A stretch of 63,437 nucleotides of DNA, counting the filler, from Thraustochytrium aureum (lineage: Eukaryota), in assembly GCA_012862495.1 (NCBI GenBank). It is 5 parts of 4 records of this genome, joined end to end, with 100 filler letters (N's around TTAATTAATTAA, not from the genome) between each part and the next. Parts side by side here need not be neighbours in the genome. Positions count along the whole stretch, not along the records: positions 1 to 16,822 come from BLSG01000379.1; 4 more parts are not named here. One strand, given 5' to 3'. The position numbers and the translations under genes are program-made. Below, one piece after another: positions 1 through 12,367 of the stretch (positions within the stretch are counted from its first letter, which is position 1; each line of letters begins with the position of its first letter). Under the pieces are notes generated by a model that was given only the letters and a program-made list of their open reading frames with translations, had not been told where the DNA came from and made no database searches.

Positions 1-376
1 CTTGCGTGGAGCAGGACAGGGCTGAGCTTTGTGGCCCAGGGCTGGGCACTTTTACGCCGCTACGGAGAACCTCGACGTGCAGCTCAGGTCTACCAACTTG
101 GGGCCGATCACCCTCCTGCTGCTCGGGAACGGGGTGACCTTTCTCAGTTTCAGCACCACGCGATACTTTACCGTGGCGCGCTGCTTGTCCGAGGGCAAGT
201 TCCCTATCAACCGCAGGGGGATATGGGGCCTCGTCCTTGGCACGAGTTCCTCGACCCTCCTGGCGCTCGCGCTCATCATTAGGGACCGTTTGGACGAGAA
301 GGACCTCGCCGACCTCGCGGCCTCAGCCAACGCAGCCGTCGACGCCGTCCGCGGAAGAAACGATCCGCCACGCTAG
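1..376 (+). CDS. DUF202/YidH-family small membrane protein, 5'-truncated, frameshifted near 35-55
   Basis: Frame 1 from base 1 reads LAWSRTGLSFVA, matching the DUF202 'ERTFLAWxRT' motif. Frame 2 continues with hydrophobic helices and RYF...L.EGKFP, ending at TAG 374-376. Confidence 0.7.
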
Positions 377-1154
377 CGCCGCGTGCCACCCAGGCCGGAC
401 CAGCAGCCAGCCGTGGTGTGTCGGACCACGATAGCCTCTGCCAACACAAACGGTTTGAGCGCAACAGCAGCATCGACCAGCCCACGCGCAACGCGAAGCC
501 ACCCACAACAACGACTCTCACGCACAATGATAGAGTACTTAGAGTATACTTACCCCAAACCACCGCCACCTCCCCCGCCGCCGCCGCCGACGCCGCGACG
601 GCAACCTCGCACGGCGCCGCTCGCTGAGCCACCATAGAAGGACCTAAAGTGACCCACATCGTCCGTCATCGCGAGGAGTCTCTTGAACCGCTCCGGTCGA
701 GCATCGGGCACAGCAATGGTCACCTCTCCGAGTCGCACGCAAGGCAAAGCAGGCAAGCATTCAGCAGCAACCAGCACAGCAACGTTCTCGCAAAAGCGAA
801 TCGTCTGCCGTTGAGGCCCGCATCGGCCGCGCCCAGGTCAGTGTCCCGAGCGCCATTCCCAGAATTCTCCGTGCACCCCCCGTGCAACCTCCAAAACCCT
901 CGATAAACCCTCCACGATTCCCGCCCACAACCAGAGTCCATCCACAGGCGGTATTTCCTCCAACTGTTTTGAAAGTGCGTTGGCCCTCGGTGGACCCTCT
1001 TGGAGGCCGCCGGAGCCAGCCAACACACGGGAGGCGCAGGCCGGGGCAGAGCCGAAACGGACGACGGCAGCGAAGGCGAGGCAGGCAACGACAAGCGCGG
1101 GGAAGGAGGGCAGCGGAGGAGGGCATAGATCGGCCGAGAGCGCGCAGTGCAAGG

Positions 1155-1913
1155 ATGGCGTCGCGCACGCAGATGGAAGGGTCGAACGAGGTCGGGTGCT
1201 GGGCAAGGCTGACCAACTCGTACGCGATTGTGTGCCAAGGCGCCGCGAGCAACTTTCACAGTGTGATTGATGCCGAGGTGGGCGATCAGATCCCCGTGAT
1301 CCATGCGTCCATCGCGGACTGCAGGTTCATCGGGCGGGTCTGCGTCGGCAACAGGAAGGGGCTCTTGCTGCCCAACACGTGCTCGGACAAGGAGATGCTG
1401 CACATCCGCAACTCGCTCCCGGACGGCGTGGTCGTGCAGCGCGTCGAGGAGCGCCTTTCGGCCCTCGGAAACTGCATCGCGACCAACGACCACGTCGCTC
1501 TCGTGCACACCGACCTGGACCGCGAAACCGAGGACATCATCGCCGACGTGCTCGGCGTGGAGGTCTTTCGCCAGACGATCGCCGGCAACGCGCTCGTGGG
1601 CTCGTACTGCGTCTTTACCAACCAGGGCGGCATGGTCCACCCCAAGACGACCACGGAAGACCTCGAAGAGCTCTCGTCGCTCTTGCAGGTCCCCCTTGTT
1701 TCGGGCACCGTCAACCGCGGCTCGGACGTGCTGGGCGCCGGACTCATCGCAAACGACTGGTCTGCTTTCTGCGGCCTCGACACGACCTCGACCGAGCTCA
1801 AGGTGATCGAGAGCATCTTCAAGCTTGACGGCGGCATGGGCGGCGCTGGTGCGACCAGGTCTGGCGCAGTCTCGCAGGACCTCCGCAACTCACTCATCGA
1901 CACAATGACCTAG
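1155..1913 (+). CDS. EIF6: Eukaryotic translation initiation factor 6 (60S anti-association factor)
   Basis: ATG at 1155. Intact, intronless and highly conserved: [66 protein letters not shown]. Confidence 0.97.
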   Translation: MASRTQMEGSNEVGCWARLTNSYAIVCQGAASNFHSVIDAEVGDQIPVIHASIADCRFIGRVCVGNRKGLLLPNTCSDKEMLHIRNSLPDGVVVQRVEERLSALGNCIATNDHVALVHTDLDRETEDIIADVLGVEVFRQTIAGNALVGSYCVFTNQGGMVHPKTTTEDLEELSSLLQVPLVSGTVNRGSDVLGAGLIANDWSAFCGLDTTSTELKVIESIFKLDGGMGGAGATRSGAVSQDLRNSLIDTMT

Positions 1914-2068
1914 AGTGGGATGTGTTTCACTGGTGACTGTTCTTGTGCACGCTCTAATAGAAGACCTTATGTTGACCTTTTCAGGCTCTTTTGGTTGCTG
2001 GTGGCGCGCGCTGCAGAATTCCATGCGTTTTCATCTTGATGTCTTTCCACCGGAGTCAGATAGGTCAA

Positions 2069-5000
2069 TTACCCTTCGTGACCCGCTTCCCTTCGTTGCC
2101 CGCTGGGCCACGCAGACATCGAAAGCGCCTCGCGGCGGCGGCTTGCTTGCGCAGCCCAAACTCGGCTCGAGCGCAGGAGCTGGAGCCGCTTCGCCGCGGC
2201 GCGCGCTCGATCTGGATCCGACCCTGCAAAGCGCCGAACTTGCTCCCTCGCAGCGTTGCGAAGCCTTTCAATGTGGACCCGCCGCTGCGTCGCAGTTGCA
2301 CTTTGCTCGAACTCTGCAGATAAAACGTAGGCGAGGTCGCGCTCAAAAGCGTCGCCACACTCTCTTGCGAGGCCGGCTGGCACTCTTGCAAAAGGGTTCA
2401 CGGCATCATCGCGGCCCCAGCAACCTCGCGTCACTGAGGCCGCACCAGCGCAGCTCGTCGGCGGCGGTGCGAGCGTGCCGACTGGGGCAGCTGGCCAGAA
2501 GTGCTGGGATCCCGTTCGCAGCGCGCCATGCTCAGCCGCGCTCACAGGGGTCGCGCTACAGATACGAGAGGGTCTAGTGGTGGTCGCCTCTGCCTCGGGG
2601 AACGGCATCGCCCGCAGCCGTCGCAGNNNNNNNNNNNNNNNNNNNNNNNNNNNNNNNNNNNNNNNNNNNNNNNNNNNNNNNNNNNNNNNNNNNNNNNNNN
2701 NNNNNNNNNNNNNNNNNNNNNNNNNNNNNNNNNNNNNNNNNNNNNNNNNNNNNNNNNNNNNNNNNNNNNNNNNNNNNNNNNNNNNNNNNNNNNNNNNNNN
2801 NNNNNNNNNNNNNNNNNNNNNNNNNNNNNNNNNNNNNNNNNNNNNNNNNNNNNNNNNNNNNNNNNNNNNNNNNNNNNNNNNNNNNNNNNNNNNNNNNNNN
2901 NNNNNNNNNNNNNNNNNNNNNNNNNNNNNNNNNNNNNNNNNNNNNNNNNNNNNNNNNNNNNNNNNNNNNNNNNNNNNNNNNNNNNNNNNNNNNNNNNNNN
3001 NNNNNNNNNNNNNNNNNNNNNNNNNNNNNNNNNNNNNNNNNNNNNNNNNNNNNNNNNNNNNNNNNNNNNNNNNNNNNNNNNNNNNNNNNNNNNNNNNNNN
3101 NNNNNNNNNNNNNNNNNNNNNNNNNNNNNNNNNNNNNNNNNNNNNNNNNNNNNNNNNNNNNNNNNNNNNNNNNNNNNNNNNNNNNNNNNNNNNNNNNNNN
3201 NNNNNNNNNNNNNNNNNNNNNNNNNNNNNNNNNNNNNNNNNNNNNNNNNNNNNNNNNNNNNNNNNNNNNNNNNNNNNNNNNNNNNNNNNNNNNNNNNNNN
3301 NNNNNNNNNNNNNNNNNNNNNNNNNNNNNNNNNNNNNNNNNNNNNNNNNNNNNNNNNNNNNNNNNNNNNNNNNNNNNNNNNNNNNNNNNNNNNNNNNNNN
3401 NNNNNNNNNNNNNNNNNNNNNNNNNNNNNNNNNNNNNNNNNNNNNNNNNNNNNNNNNNNNNNNNNNNNNNNNNNNNNNNNNNNNNNNNNNNNNNNNNNNN
3501 NNNNNNNNNNNNNNNNNCAGCCGCAGCGATTGCTAGATTTGCGGCCGCAACAGTGTCGGCCGCTCGCTGTTTGGCCTGCGAGGCGAGAAACCAGCAAGCG
3601 ACCTCGAGCGCAGTCTTCCTCGCACCCGGACGCAGGCCAGAGGGGAGAAGCTCTAAATCTGATGCTGCAGACGCAAGCGACTGGACAACCGCGTCAGCGG
3701 AGAGCGCAAGCGCCAGCGCCACAGCGCGTGCAAAGCTGGAGACGATCTTGGCGCACACGACGAGTTCGAGGTCCCTGTCGCCTTCGCTCAAGGCGTGAGA
3801 GACATCCTGTACTCGCGCTGCGAGAAGCGCCGCGCCAACGTCTGCCTCGCGCACGGCCAGGGCCCCGAGGGAACTCCCGGACTGTAGCGCCTCGGCAGTA
3901 GCAATCTGCAGCTCCTCGGCGCCGCCGCACGCCCAGTGATGCGACCCGAGCGTTTCTCGCCAACAAAATGCACGCGTTGATCAGCCGCGCCGCTGCTGCA
4001 GCTCCAGGGCCCGACCCGCCCCCCCCGCCGCCGCCGGCCCCGCCGCCGCCGGCCCTCTGCCAGAGGTTTGCGAACAGATCGAGCTTGGCCCTGAAGCTTT
4101 GCACGCGATCCAACTCAAGAGCACAGCCAGGGCGCGCAGCTCTTCAAAGTCTGCTAATCTTCCTAGACGAGACCTGGCCGCCGTAGCCCCGTCACTAGCT
4201 GCCGCGTGCACGGCCGCTTGGATCGCCGTTCCGAGGAAGTGGCCCTCGCTAGCGCTGCCCAAGCCCAGCGACCCCACCAGCGAGGCACATACTTGGGGGG
4301 CCCAGAGCCAGTCGCGCACCGCAACAGAAAGGGCTGCGCCCACGGCCTCGTCGTGCTGGTCGTCCGAGCGAAAGGCGCAAAACAAGCGCTGCGTACCGAG
4401 CTTCTCCATCTGCAACATGGCCTCGCCCCGATCAAGCTTGCCCAACCGCACGAGCCCAGCAACAGCCGCGGACACAGCCCGAAGGAGCGCGAGGCGCTGC
4501 TCGGGCTGCTCGAGAGTCGCCCGCCGCGCCGCGCACCGCACCGCGTCCAGAGCCATCCACGCTGTTCTCGTTCGATTCCACAAGTGACTGCACAAACCAA
4601 CCAGCTTCCGCTCCGCCCAGCAAGACAAGATCCGACGCGGCCTCGCTGTCCTGCACGAGGTCGACCAAACGACGCTGCAGACCAACCGCGCCACAGAAGA
4701 GCTTTTCCCGATGCAGCCCGCCGGCGCGGAGCAGAACTGCAGCGGCTCGGACCTCCTTGGCCGCGCTTTCCCACGGGCTGCCCTTCCTGGCGGCCTCGTC
4801 GTCGTCGCCGACCTTCCGAGCCTCGTCATGCAGCATGCACCTCACGGCCCACTCCAAGTGAGCCAAGGACGGCGCAGCGGGCGATTGCAGGACCTTGAGG
4901 TCGCCCAGGATACCGCCGAGCAGGGGCGCGGTCGCCTCCTCTGCGGCGGCCAACTCGGCCAGCGTTGCCCATCGTTTGTCGTCGCGCAGAGCGCCCTCGC

Positions 5001-5085
5001 GGCAAGCCCTCCAGGCCACGGCGCGGGCCAGCTCCACCTGCCCGAGGCCGACATAGTTGCACCACTCCGTCCAGGCCGCGCCCAT
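2069..5085 (-). CDS. Large alanine/leucine-rich helical hypothetical protein, split by several frameshifts and an N gap
   Basis: Protein-like segments run in successive minus-strand frames (4432..5373, 3981..4829, 3694..4113, 2574..3854, 2069..2608), with a probable ATG at 5085 (MGAAWTEWCNYVGLGQVELARA). Continuity across the gap at 2627-3517 is assumed. Confidence 0.45.
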
Positions 5086-5386
5086 CGCGCTGTGCGGCGC
5101 CCGCTGCGAGCCATCTCGGGACTGCTGTGCGGAGCGACTCGAGCTGGACGGCTCTTGACCTTCGAGTTGGCAATGGCAGAACGCGCACGCACGAGACCGT
5201 GGCGGACGGCCGCGGCCGGCTCGCGTTGCATTGGATGACGGCGAAGCGCCGGCGCTGGGCTCGGTGAGGACAGAGTCGACTGTGCGCTTTACGAGATCGG
5301 AAGAGGTGAAGACTGGCCTACTCGAGTACATTTCCTTACTTGCGTTGATTGTTGAGAACAACAACCAAACCAACTTTCCCTACCTA

Positions 5387-7042
5387 CTACCGGTAGAGGC
5401 CGAGAGAGCAAATCTCTCCGAGCGCCGCAGCGCCGGCATGCACTGTGCTCGCGCACTCGGCCATGGGCGGCCGGCCGGGGCAGTCTGTCATATTTCCGGC
5501 GTAGAGCAAATCGCAATAGTCGGCCCGGACGCCGCCTCGCTGCAATCCGAAGCCGTGGTTGCAACAACACATGTTCTCGCCGGCGCAGTTGGCGAAGTTG
5601 TCCTTGTAGTAGACCAGCGTGTACAAGCACCAGCTCGAGAACGTAGCCGTGATGACGAAGTGCAGCAAAAAGCGCCGAGGACGCCTCTCCCACGCGTTGG
5701 CGATCAAGTACCCAGCACGCGTCTCGAAAGCAATGCAGATCGAGTCCACCGCGAGTTCCATAACCACCTGAGAAACGAGCCAAGTGAGCACTCGGCTGAC
5801 TTTGAAGGCATCTGGTTGCTTGAAAATAGCATTGTCGTCAAGCGCGTAGTACTCGAGCGGAAAGTGCAGCGGCGTATCCTTGAAAATGATGAGCATGCTG
5901 CTCGCAAGATAGATTGCCGCGTACTCGCTCAGGGCCTCGGTGCACAACACCATCGAAATGAACTCGCGGTGCGTGCGCCTCTCCGCTTTGCTCAAGCCCT
6001 TCCGCCTGGTGAGCAAGCGGCCACCCGAAACAGTTCCTGAGGCTTGATTGTCATTCGAGACAACTTGAGCACACGAGTTGGGCATCGCGGCGTCCGGAGC
6101 AATGCTGCTTGGCCGTGAAGCCGCTCGCGAGCCCCCAAACGACCCAAGGTTCGACAATGCCGGCGATGGCATTGTTCTCATGCACAGTTCGCGGTGCGGC
6201 ATCGTAAGACGGAGGGAAATCTCAACAATGCTCTGAAGCATCAAAACCAGCCACAGCGATTCGACGGAATCGAACCTCGTAAACATGATACGAATGATTC
6301 CAGACGTGAGAATCTGCATCCACAACACAAAGCACATGGCGTGGTTCAGATTGACCTTGACTTGAACGCCGTCCGGCCAGGTTCCGCCAACTCTCGAATC
6401 CGTCGACAATGTTCGCGCTGTGTAACGCGCTATGGCATACCAGAACTCTCGCGCGCAGGGGAGGACTCCGAAAATCATTATTATCGAGGTCTTGTCGTCC
6501 CCGCTTTCAATGAGATTGAGCGCCTTTATGAGAACAGAGCCAGTCAAGATCATGAAAGCCTGCATGACAACGAACCGCGGTATTTTCGAGTGCTTTGGCA
6601 TCGCCCACCAGAAACCAATCACGCTTCCCAGGGGCGGCAGAAGAACGCCGACGAGGAGGGCATCAGAGTTGCTGGGGACGAGCGATCGCAGAAGCACGAA
6701 CATCCCATAAAACAGACAAGTGGGCAGGATCACGCGCCACAATTGGAAGCGTTCGTCGTCAATGTAGTGGGCGAACAACCACACTGGGAATCCGAAGAAG
6801 ATTAAATCGTACCCGATTGCTCCGGACAGTCTAGCCAACACGGGAATCTTGGAGCTGTCCTTGATAGTCACTGTTGAGTTTGCGGTCAGCGGCAGCTCGA
6901 CGGTCATAACAGGGGCAGCAAACAGGCGATCTGGAATCCAGAACACGAGCACACATGCCAGGACCGCGATGCCAAAAACAGCGATCCGCAATGCCAGTCG
7001 AAAGCTCGCGCCAAGCTCGCCGACGACCTCCCCAAACCCCAT
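5387..7042 (-). CDS. Multi-pass (about 10 TM) membrane protein of unknown function with a Cys-rich C-terminal tail
   Basis: Long uninterrupted ORF with many hydrophobic helices, a Ser-rich loop and a C-terminal CAGENMCCC..C..C..C segment. The start may lie upstream of 7042 (frame is open to the gap at 7257). Confidence 0.75.
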   Translation of the reverse strand: MGFGEVVGELGASFRLALRIAVFGIAVLACVLVFWIPDRLFAAPVMTVELPLTANSTVTIKDSSKIPVLARLSGAIGYDLIFFGFPVWLFAHYIDDERFQLWRVILPTCLFYGMFVLLRSLVPSNSDALLVGVLLPPLGSVIGFWWAMPKHSKIPRFVVMQAFMILTGSVLIKALNLIESGDDKTSIIMIFGVLPCAREFWYAIARYTARTLSTDSRVGGTWPDGVQVKVNLNHAMCFVLWMQILTSGIIRIMFTRFDSVESLWLVLMLQSIVEISLRLTMPHRELCMRTMPSPALSNLGSFGGSRAASRPSSIAPDAAMPNSCAQVVSNDNQASGTVSGGRLLTRRKGLSKAERRTHREFISMVLCTEALSEYAAIYLASSMLIIFKDTPLHFPLEYYALDDNAIFKQPDAFKVSRVLTWLVSQVVMELAVDSICIAFETRAGYLIANAWERRPRRFLLHFVITATFSSWCLYTLVYYKDNFANCAGENMCCCNHGFGLQRGGVRADYCDLLYAGNMTDCPGRPPMAECASTVHAGAAALGEICSLGLYR

Positions 7043-7760
7043 TGCCGCGGCCGCTGCCTGGCCGTCAAATACCGCGCTTGCTCCACGCACGGAGCGGCAA
7101 GCCAACCACACGGAAACCGCAAGCAGGGCACAAGTGGCGCCCTGCCTTCCCGTAGCTATGCGTCTGCGCCAGCCTCGCTCGCCCAATCGCTGGCGCGCCC
7201 AACGCCAGGTGCTCGGCGTCAGGAGCGATTGCTCGCTCGCGTGTTTATCGGAGCTCNNNNNNNNNNNNNNNNNNNNNNNNNNNNNNNNNNNNNNNNNNNN
7301 NNNNNNNNNNNNNNNNNNNNNNNNNNNNNNNNNNNNNNNNNNNNNNNNNNNNNNNNNNNNNNNNNNNNNNNNNNNNNNNNNNNNNNNNNNNNNNNNNNNN
7401 NNNNNNNNNNNNNNNNNNNNNNNNNNNNNNNNNNNNNNNNNNNNNNNNNNNNNNNNNNNNNNCTTCATTTGCGAGCTCAAGCTCTCCTGCCTCTCTGGCA
7501 GAGTCAGCCATCAGCGTGAAACCGATTCTAACGGATCTACCGGATCACCGAGGTGCGCCAGAGGTGCCGAACGCTGGTTGCCGTTTGAACGCGCCGCCTC
7601 GACGACGTGGCGAACGTCGCCAGAGCAAGCCAGTGGCGGGGGTACGAGCTCTGTTTTTTATTCCCCTTTCGGTGCGAAGCAAGCCGGTCGGTCGCGCGTA
7701 GTGTAAGTGCCGCCAAGCGCTGCTCGGTCCTTCGTGAAGCAGGCCGAGCTCGGTGCCTCG

Positions 7761-10147
7761 TCACAGCGACCCGTGCTCGTATGGCTGAGGCTCCGTGTTG
7801 GGCGTATTGATGCAGTCGGTGAGGTCGTGAATGATAGGCACCTTTCGGAACGCTGACGCAATGCGCTCCGTCAGTCCGCTGATCCACTCGACGCCAGGGA
7901 ACTGCGCAAATTCCTCCAGCGGGTTTTCGATGTTACGAAGACATGGTGGAGACCGCTTTCCAGCGAACGCAGCGAGAGCGACAGCTTCGTCGCGAAACCA
8001 GAAGTAGAGGCTCTTCACTGTCCAAAGGTATCGGTACTTGTACACGGTTGGGCCCACTGCCCAGGCCTCGATGCTGGCGGCGGGAACAGTGTAGGCAGCC
8101 GTGCGGCGGTCTACGACTTGCCGCGCACGGTCGATGGCATCTTGGGCTTGCTCAAGTGACGTCTTGTTTCGCCACGCAACAAAGTCGTACAGACTGCGGA
8201 CCTGCACCGCGCGGAGCATCGTAACATTAAAGGCGTCCAAAAGCTCTTCGAATTTCTCCGCCCCCTTGCCCGGACGGCTGGCGCCAGCGCAAGGAGGCCA
8301 TCCAGAGCACTGCGCATGCTCTGCTCGAGGTGGACGAGCGACGGGCGGGCTTGCGCAATGTAAAAGCCGCGCGCGTTGGAGCTCGTCGCAACGCTGTGCA
8401 TAGAAACCCTCGTCGGTGCCACGTTGGTGGCGGGGAACAAGCTGCCAAGGTCCGCATACATGTCGTAGCCTGTAACGTATGCGATGGCCGTTCGGTTGGC
8501 CATCGCAGCACGGCCCGCGGCCCGCCCGCGCGGCCCGAACGCGCTTTCCACCATGGCAAAGTGCATTTCGTGACTTGCAGTAGCGATAACCGTGGCCATT
8601 TGGTCTGCTGCTGCGTGCGAGGTTGTCAGGTGTCGCGTCACCGCGGCAGACAACAACCGCTCGAAGGCGGCAGTTCCGTTCAACTCGTCATCGAGCGGGT
8701 CAAAGCTCGCGCGAGCAGCGATGACGCTGTTCAGCCAATATGCCCACTCAAACCCCGAGTCAAAGTTCATCTGCCCATCCACGGACGGGCCGCCCTCGCG
8801 CTCAACAGCCGAAATGGTGCGAAGGTCGGCGAGTCTTGCGCGAGCATATAGCGGGAGAAACAAGGGCACTGGCGAGTCAAAGTCCACCCAATACTCTGTC
8901 TCGGGGTGAAATATGACCGTCCTCCCGTTGCGGTCCTTGCGCGCTGCCTGCTGAAACATCCACTCTTTCATGAAGGTAAAGTTGCTGTTGCCGTACACGC
9001 CAGGCGCCGGATCATCTAGCTCGTAGAACTGCACAGTATGCGGCGCAACGCCAAGCGCTGGCGTCGCGAGCTCGGGGAGGAAGTTCATGTTGAGACCGCC
9101 AAACTCTGGGCAGACTTGGCCCGAGCTGCAGTGGCACTTGATCAGCATGGGCGTCCCGTGGCGGTGGAGCGCATAGTCGGCAGCAGTGTTCATCCAAAAC
9201 AGCAAGTCGGTGCAGTTCGGGTGCGTGAACTCGCTCAGCCCGCTCTCTGTGCCAATAAAGTCGGCGCCAGCCTCAACGAGCCAGTCGATACTGGCCTCAA
9301 TTTCGGCGCGCTGCTTGGCGCGAGAGCTAAACAGATGTGTTAGCATGGGCATCGCGTGCTGCTGCACAAACACAAGTGGAACGTCGAGGCCGAACCCGAC
9401 GCAATAGCCGTGCGCCACTTTGGCCAGCCGAGCAATCCGACGTTTGCGCTCCTCGCTGCGCGAAAAGGCAAGCCAACCATAGCTGTGCAGCAGAGCAAAC
9501 TCAAAGCGGTTTTGGCGCTGCGCTACAAGCCACTCCACAAAATGTTCGTAAAGCTCGAGCTCACGCTCGAAGCCCTCGGCGTCGTCGGGGCCGTTTGTGC
9601 CCCAGCCGTTGAGCACATTCGCGAGCTCAACGGGGTGCTCTGTGTGGTAGTGCCAAGACCGCACGCTCCAGCGAGGACTTTGACAACCCGCCTTTGACTC
9701 CACGAGTTGCGATACGTTCAGCTCGGCGAGGCGGCCGCGCTCTGGCTTGAAGGGACGAAGAAAGTCAAAGCCCAAGACCTCGAGCACGTGGTAGGCTCCG
9801 AACAGGCTCCCTCGGGCGCAGTCGCCGGGCGAGGCGTCCAGCAAGCTGCTTGGGGCTCCTCCCGCACTCTCGACCTTGGAGGCTTGGAACCTGGTTTTGT
9901 CCCGTCTGTGCGAGACTCTAGCTCGATGGGGGCGGAGAGAGCTTTCCAGCAGAACGCGTCCGGGCCGGGTGCGCCGCGCTCCAAGGTCTCGGCAAATGTG
10001 AATGCGACCCAGAGCACCTGTGCGCCGGGGCCCGGCAACTGGTCCACTTTGACGGAGCCTTTCAGCGCCACTTGGCGCACAACAGCGACTTGGGCGCCGT
10101 GCGCGAACCTTGCAAGGTGATCGAGTACGCGGGCTTCCGCTCTGGCT
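7761..10147 (-). CDS. Putative glycoside-hydrolase-like protein (GH20/GH67 domain-2-like segment followed by a probable barrel domain); 5' end in gap; frameshifts near 9880 and 8245
   Basis: GSLFGAYHVLEVLGFDFLRP followed by PRWSVRSWHYHTEHP resembles the domain 2-to-catalytic junction of GH20/GH67/DUF4838-type proteins. Frames 9718.., 8111.. and 7761..8240 join into one protein-like sequence. Confidence 0.55.
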
Positions 10148-10861
10148 NNNNNNNNNNNNNNNNNNNNNNNNNNNNNNNNNNNNNNNNNNNNNNNNNNNNN
10201 NNNNNNNNNNNNNNNNNNNNNNNNNNNNNNNNNNNNNNNNNNNNNNNNNNNNNNNNNNNNNNNNNNNNNNNNNNNNNNNNNNNNNNNNNNNNNNNNNNNN
10301 NNNNNNNNNNNNNNNNNNNNNNNNNNNNNNNNNNNNNNNNNNNNNNNNNNNNNNNNNNNNNNNNNNNNNNNNNNNNNNNNNNNNNNNNNNNNNNNNNNNN
10401 NNNNNNNNNNNNNNNNNNNNNNNNNNNNNNNNNNNNNNNNNNNNNNNNNTTCCGTCCTTTCTTTCGACAACTCGAAGATTATTGCGCGGCGAGAGGCTCG
10501 CCATGCCGCTTGCCACGCGCTTTGCCATCGCAAAGCCGCTGTACAAGAGCGTCGAGGGGCTCAGGCAACCAAAAGCTGCTTTGGCGCATGAGGACAGCGC
10601 CTTGGCGGAAGTAAAAAACAGGCTGCAGCTCGTTCCTTGATTGGGAAGCATGTTGAACGACAACGTCAAAACGGACAACGCGCCGGGACGGAGCTTTCCA
10701 AAGCCTCGTTGGCCAGGGTACGCCGCACTGCAGCAAGGCCGGAAGCCCTGGAGCCAGCCATAGCGAATCAAGAGCCCTGTGGCGCCAATCAGCAAGTAGA
10801 AACACTCGCTCTTCTGCTCATTAGTTTTACGCATGCGCCACAGTTCATGCTTCTACTCTGC

Positions 10862-11595
10862 TCACGGCTTGCGCCAGATTTGCCGCACGCCGAGCACCCC
10901 CATGAAGATCCCGAATACAATGCGAAGCTGATCTTCGGGGACGTACTGCGCGAGTTGGCCGCCCAAGTAAGAACCAAAGAGCGTCCCCGCAGCAACAGGG
11001 AGCGCAAAGCGCGGCTGGATGTTTCCCAAACGATAGTGCTGAAAAGCGCCAGCGGCACTTGGCAGAGCCATAGCAGCCAGCGAAGTCCCAATGATGGCGT
11101 GGTGCGGCATGTCGCTCATGAAACCCATGGCGGGCACCATGATCGCCCCGCCGCCAACCCCGAAAACGCCCGCCGAGAGGCCACTGAACGCACCAAGTGC
11201 GAGCCACCGCCACACGTCGGCCACGCCCTCTTCGCTTTGGCCAGGCCCCCGCACCAGATTCTGAGCGCTTGTATTCCTCAATTTTGGCCATGAGCAACGG
11301 CTTGCCCGGCACAAGCGGCGCGACCAGGACGATGAAAACCCCGAACGCTCGCTTGAGCTGCGCAGTGCTCATTCTGGCCGCAAGCCGCGCCCCGAGCCCA
11401 ATCGACACGGTCGCGCCGAGCGCAATCGGGAGCGCCGTCGCAATTTCGACCTGGCCGTGCAACCCGTACGACGCGCAACCTCCCAAGCTGGTCGCTGCGA
11501 CCGCGGCGAGGCTGATAGCGTGAGCGGTGTGTTGCGAAAAGCCGCCGAACCCGGTGAGGAGCGGGATTACGACAAAGCCTCCGCCGAGGCCCATT
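10862..11595 (-). CDS. Sulfite exporter TauE/SafE family membrane protein, 5' end in gap, frameshift near 11250
   Basis: Two homologous halves: GLGGGFVVIPLL...SQHTAHAISLA and GVFGVGGGAIMVP...HHAIIGTSLAAM, about 8 TM helices. Confidence 0.88.
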
Positions 11596-12367
11596 NNNNN
11601 NNNNNNNNNNNNNNNNNNNNNNNNNNNNNNNNNNNNNNNNNNNNNNNNNNNNNNNNNNNNNNNNNNNNNNNNNNNNNNNNNNNNNNNNNNNNNNNNNNNN
11701 NNNNNNNNNNNNNNNNNNNNNNNNNNNNNNNNNNNNNNNNNNNNNNNNNNNNNNNNNNNNNNNNNNNNNNNNNNNNNNNNNNNNNNNNNNNNNNNNNNNN
11801 NNNNNNNNNNNNNNNNNNNNNNNNNNNNNNNNNNNNNNNNNNNNNNNNNNNNNNNNNNNNNNNNNNNNNNNNNNNNNNNNNNNNNNNNNNNNNNNNNNNN
11901 NNNNNNNNNNNNNNNNNNNNNNNNNNNNNNNNNNNNNNNNNNNNNNNNNNNNNNNNNNNNNNNNNNNNNNNNNNNNNNNNNNNNNNNNNNNNNNNNNNNN
12001 NNNNNNNNNNNNNNNNNNNNNNNNNNNNNNNNNNNNNNNNNNNNNNNNNNNNNNNNNNNNNNNNNNNNNNNNNNNNNNNNNNNNNNNNNNNNNNNNNNNN
12101 NNNNNNNNNNNNNNNNNNNNNNNNNNNNNNNNNNNNNNNNNNNNNNNNNNNNNNNNNNNNNNNNNNNNNNNNNNNNNNNNNNNNNNNNNNNNNNNNNNNN
12201 NNNNNNGGCGCCTTTCGGCGGCGCTGCGCTTGCTGTGGTGAGCGCTGAGCGTCGGCTCCGTCATCCGCGGCGGCGCGGAGCCAGCCTGACGGCGGGGAAA
12301 GGGTTCGCTCACGCACGCACTGATCAGCACTGAACACACGTACACATTTCAGCAAGCAGGCCTCGCG

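Noticed and set aside
720..1903. Long antisense and alternative-frame ORFs over eIF6 and most other genes
   Set aside because: Shadow ORFs are expected from GC3-rich codon usage; the translations are low-complexity and Arg/Ala/Pro-rich.
2475..3901. Long ORFs in the track that span N-runs
   Set aside because: Their length is an artefact of translating N as X.
10450..10640. 3' end of a + strand gene emerging from the gap
   Set aside because: Too short and without a motif to support a call.
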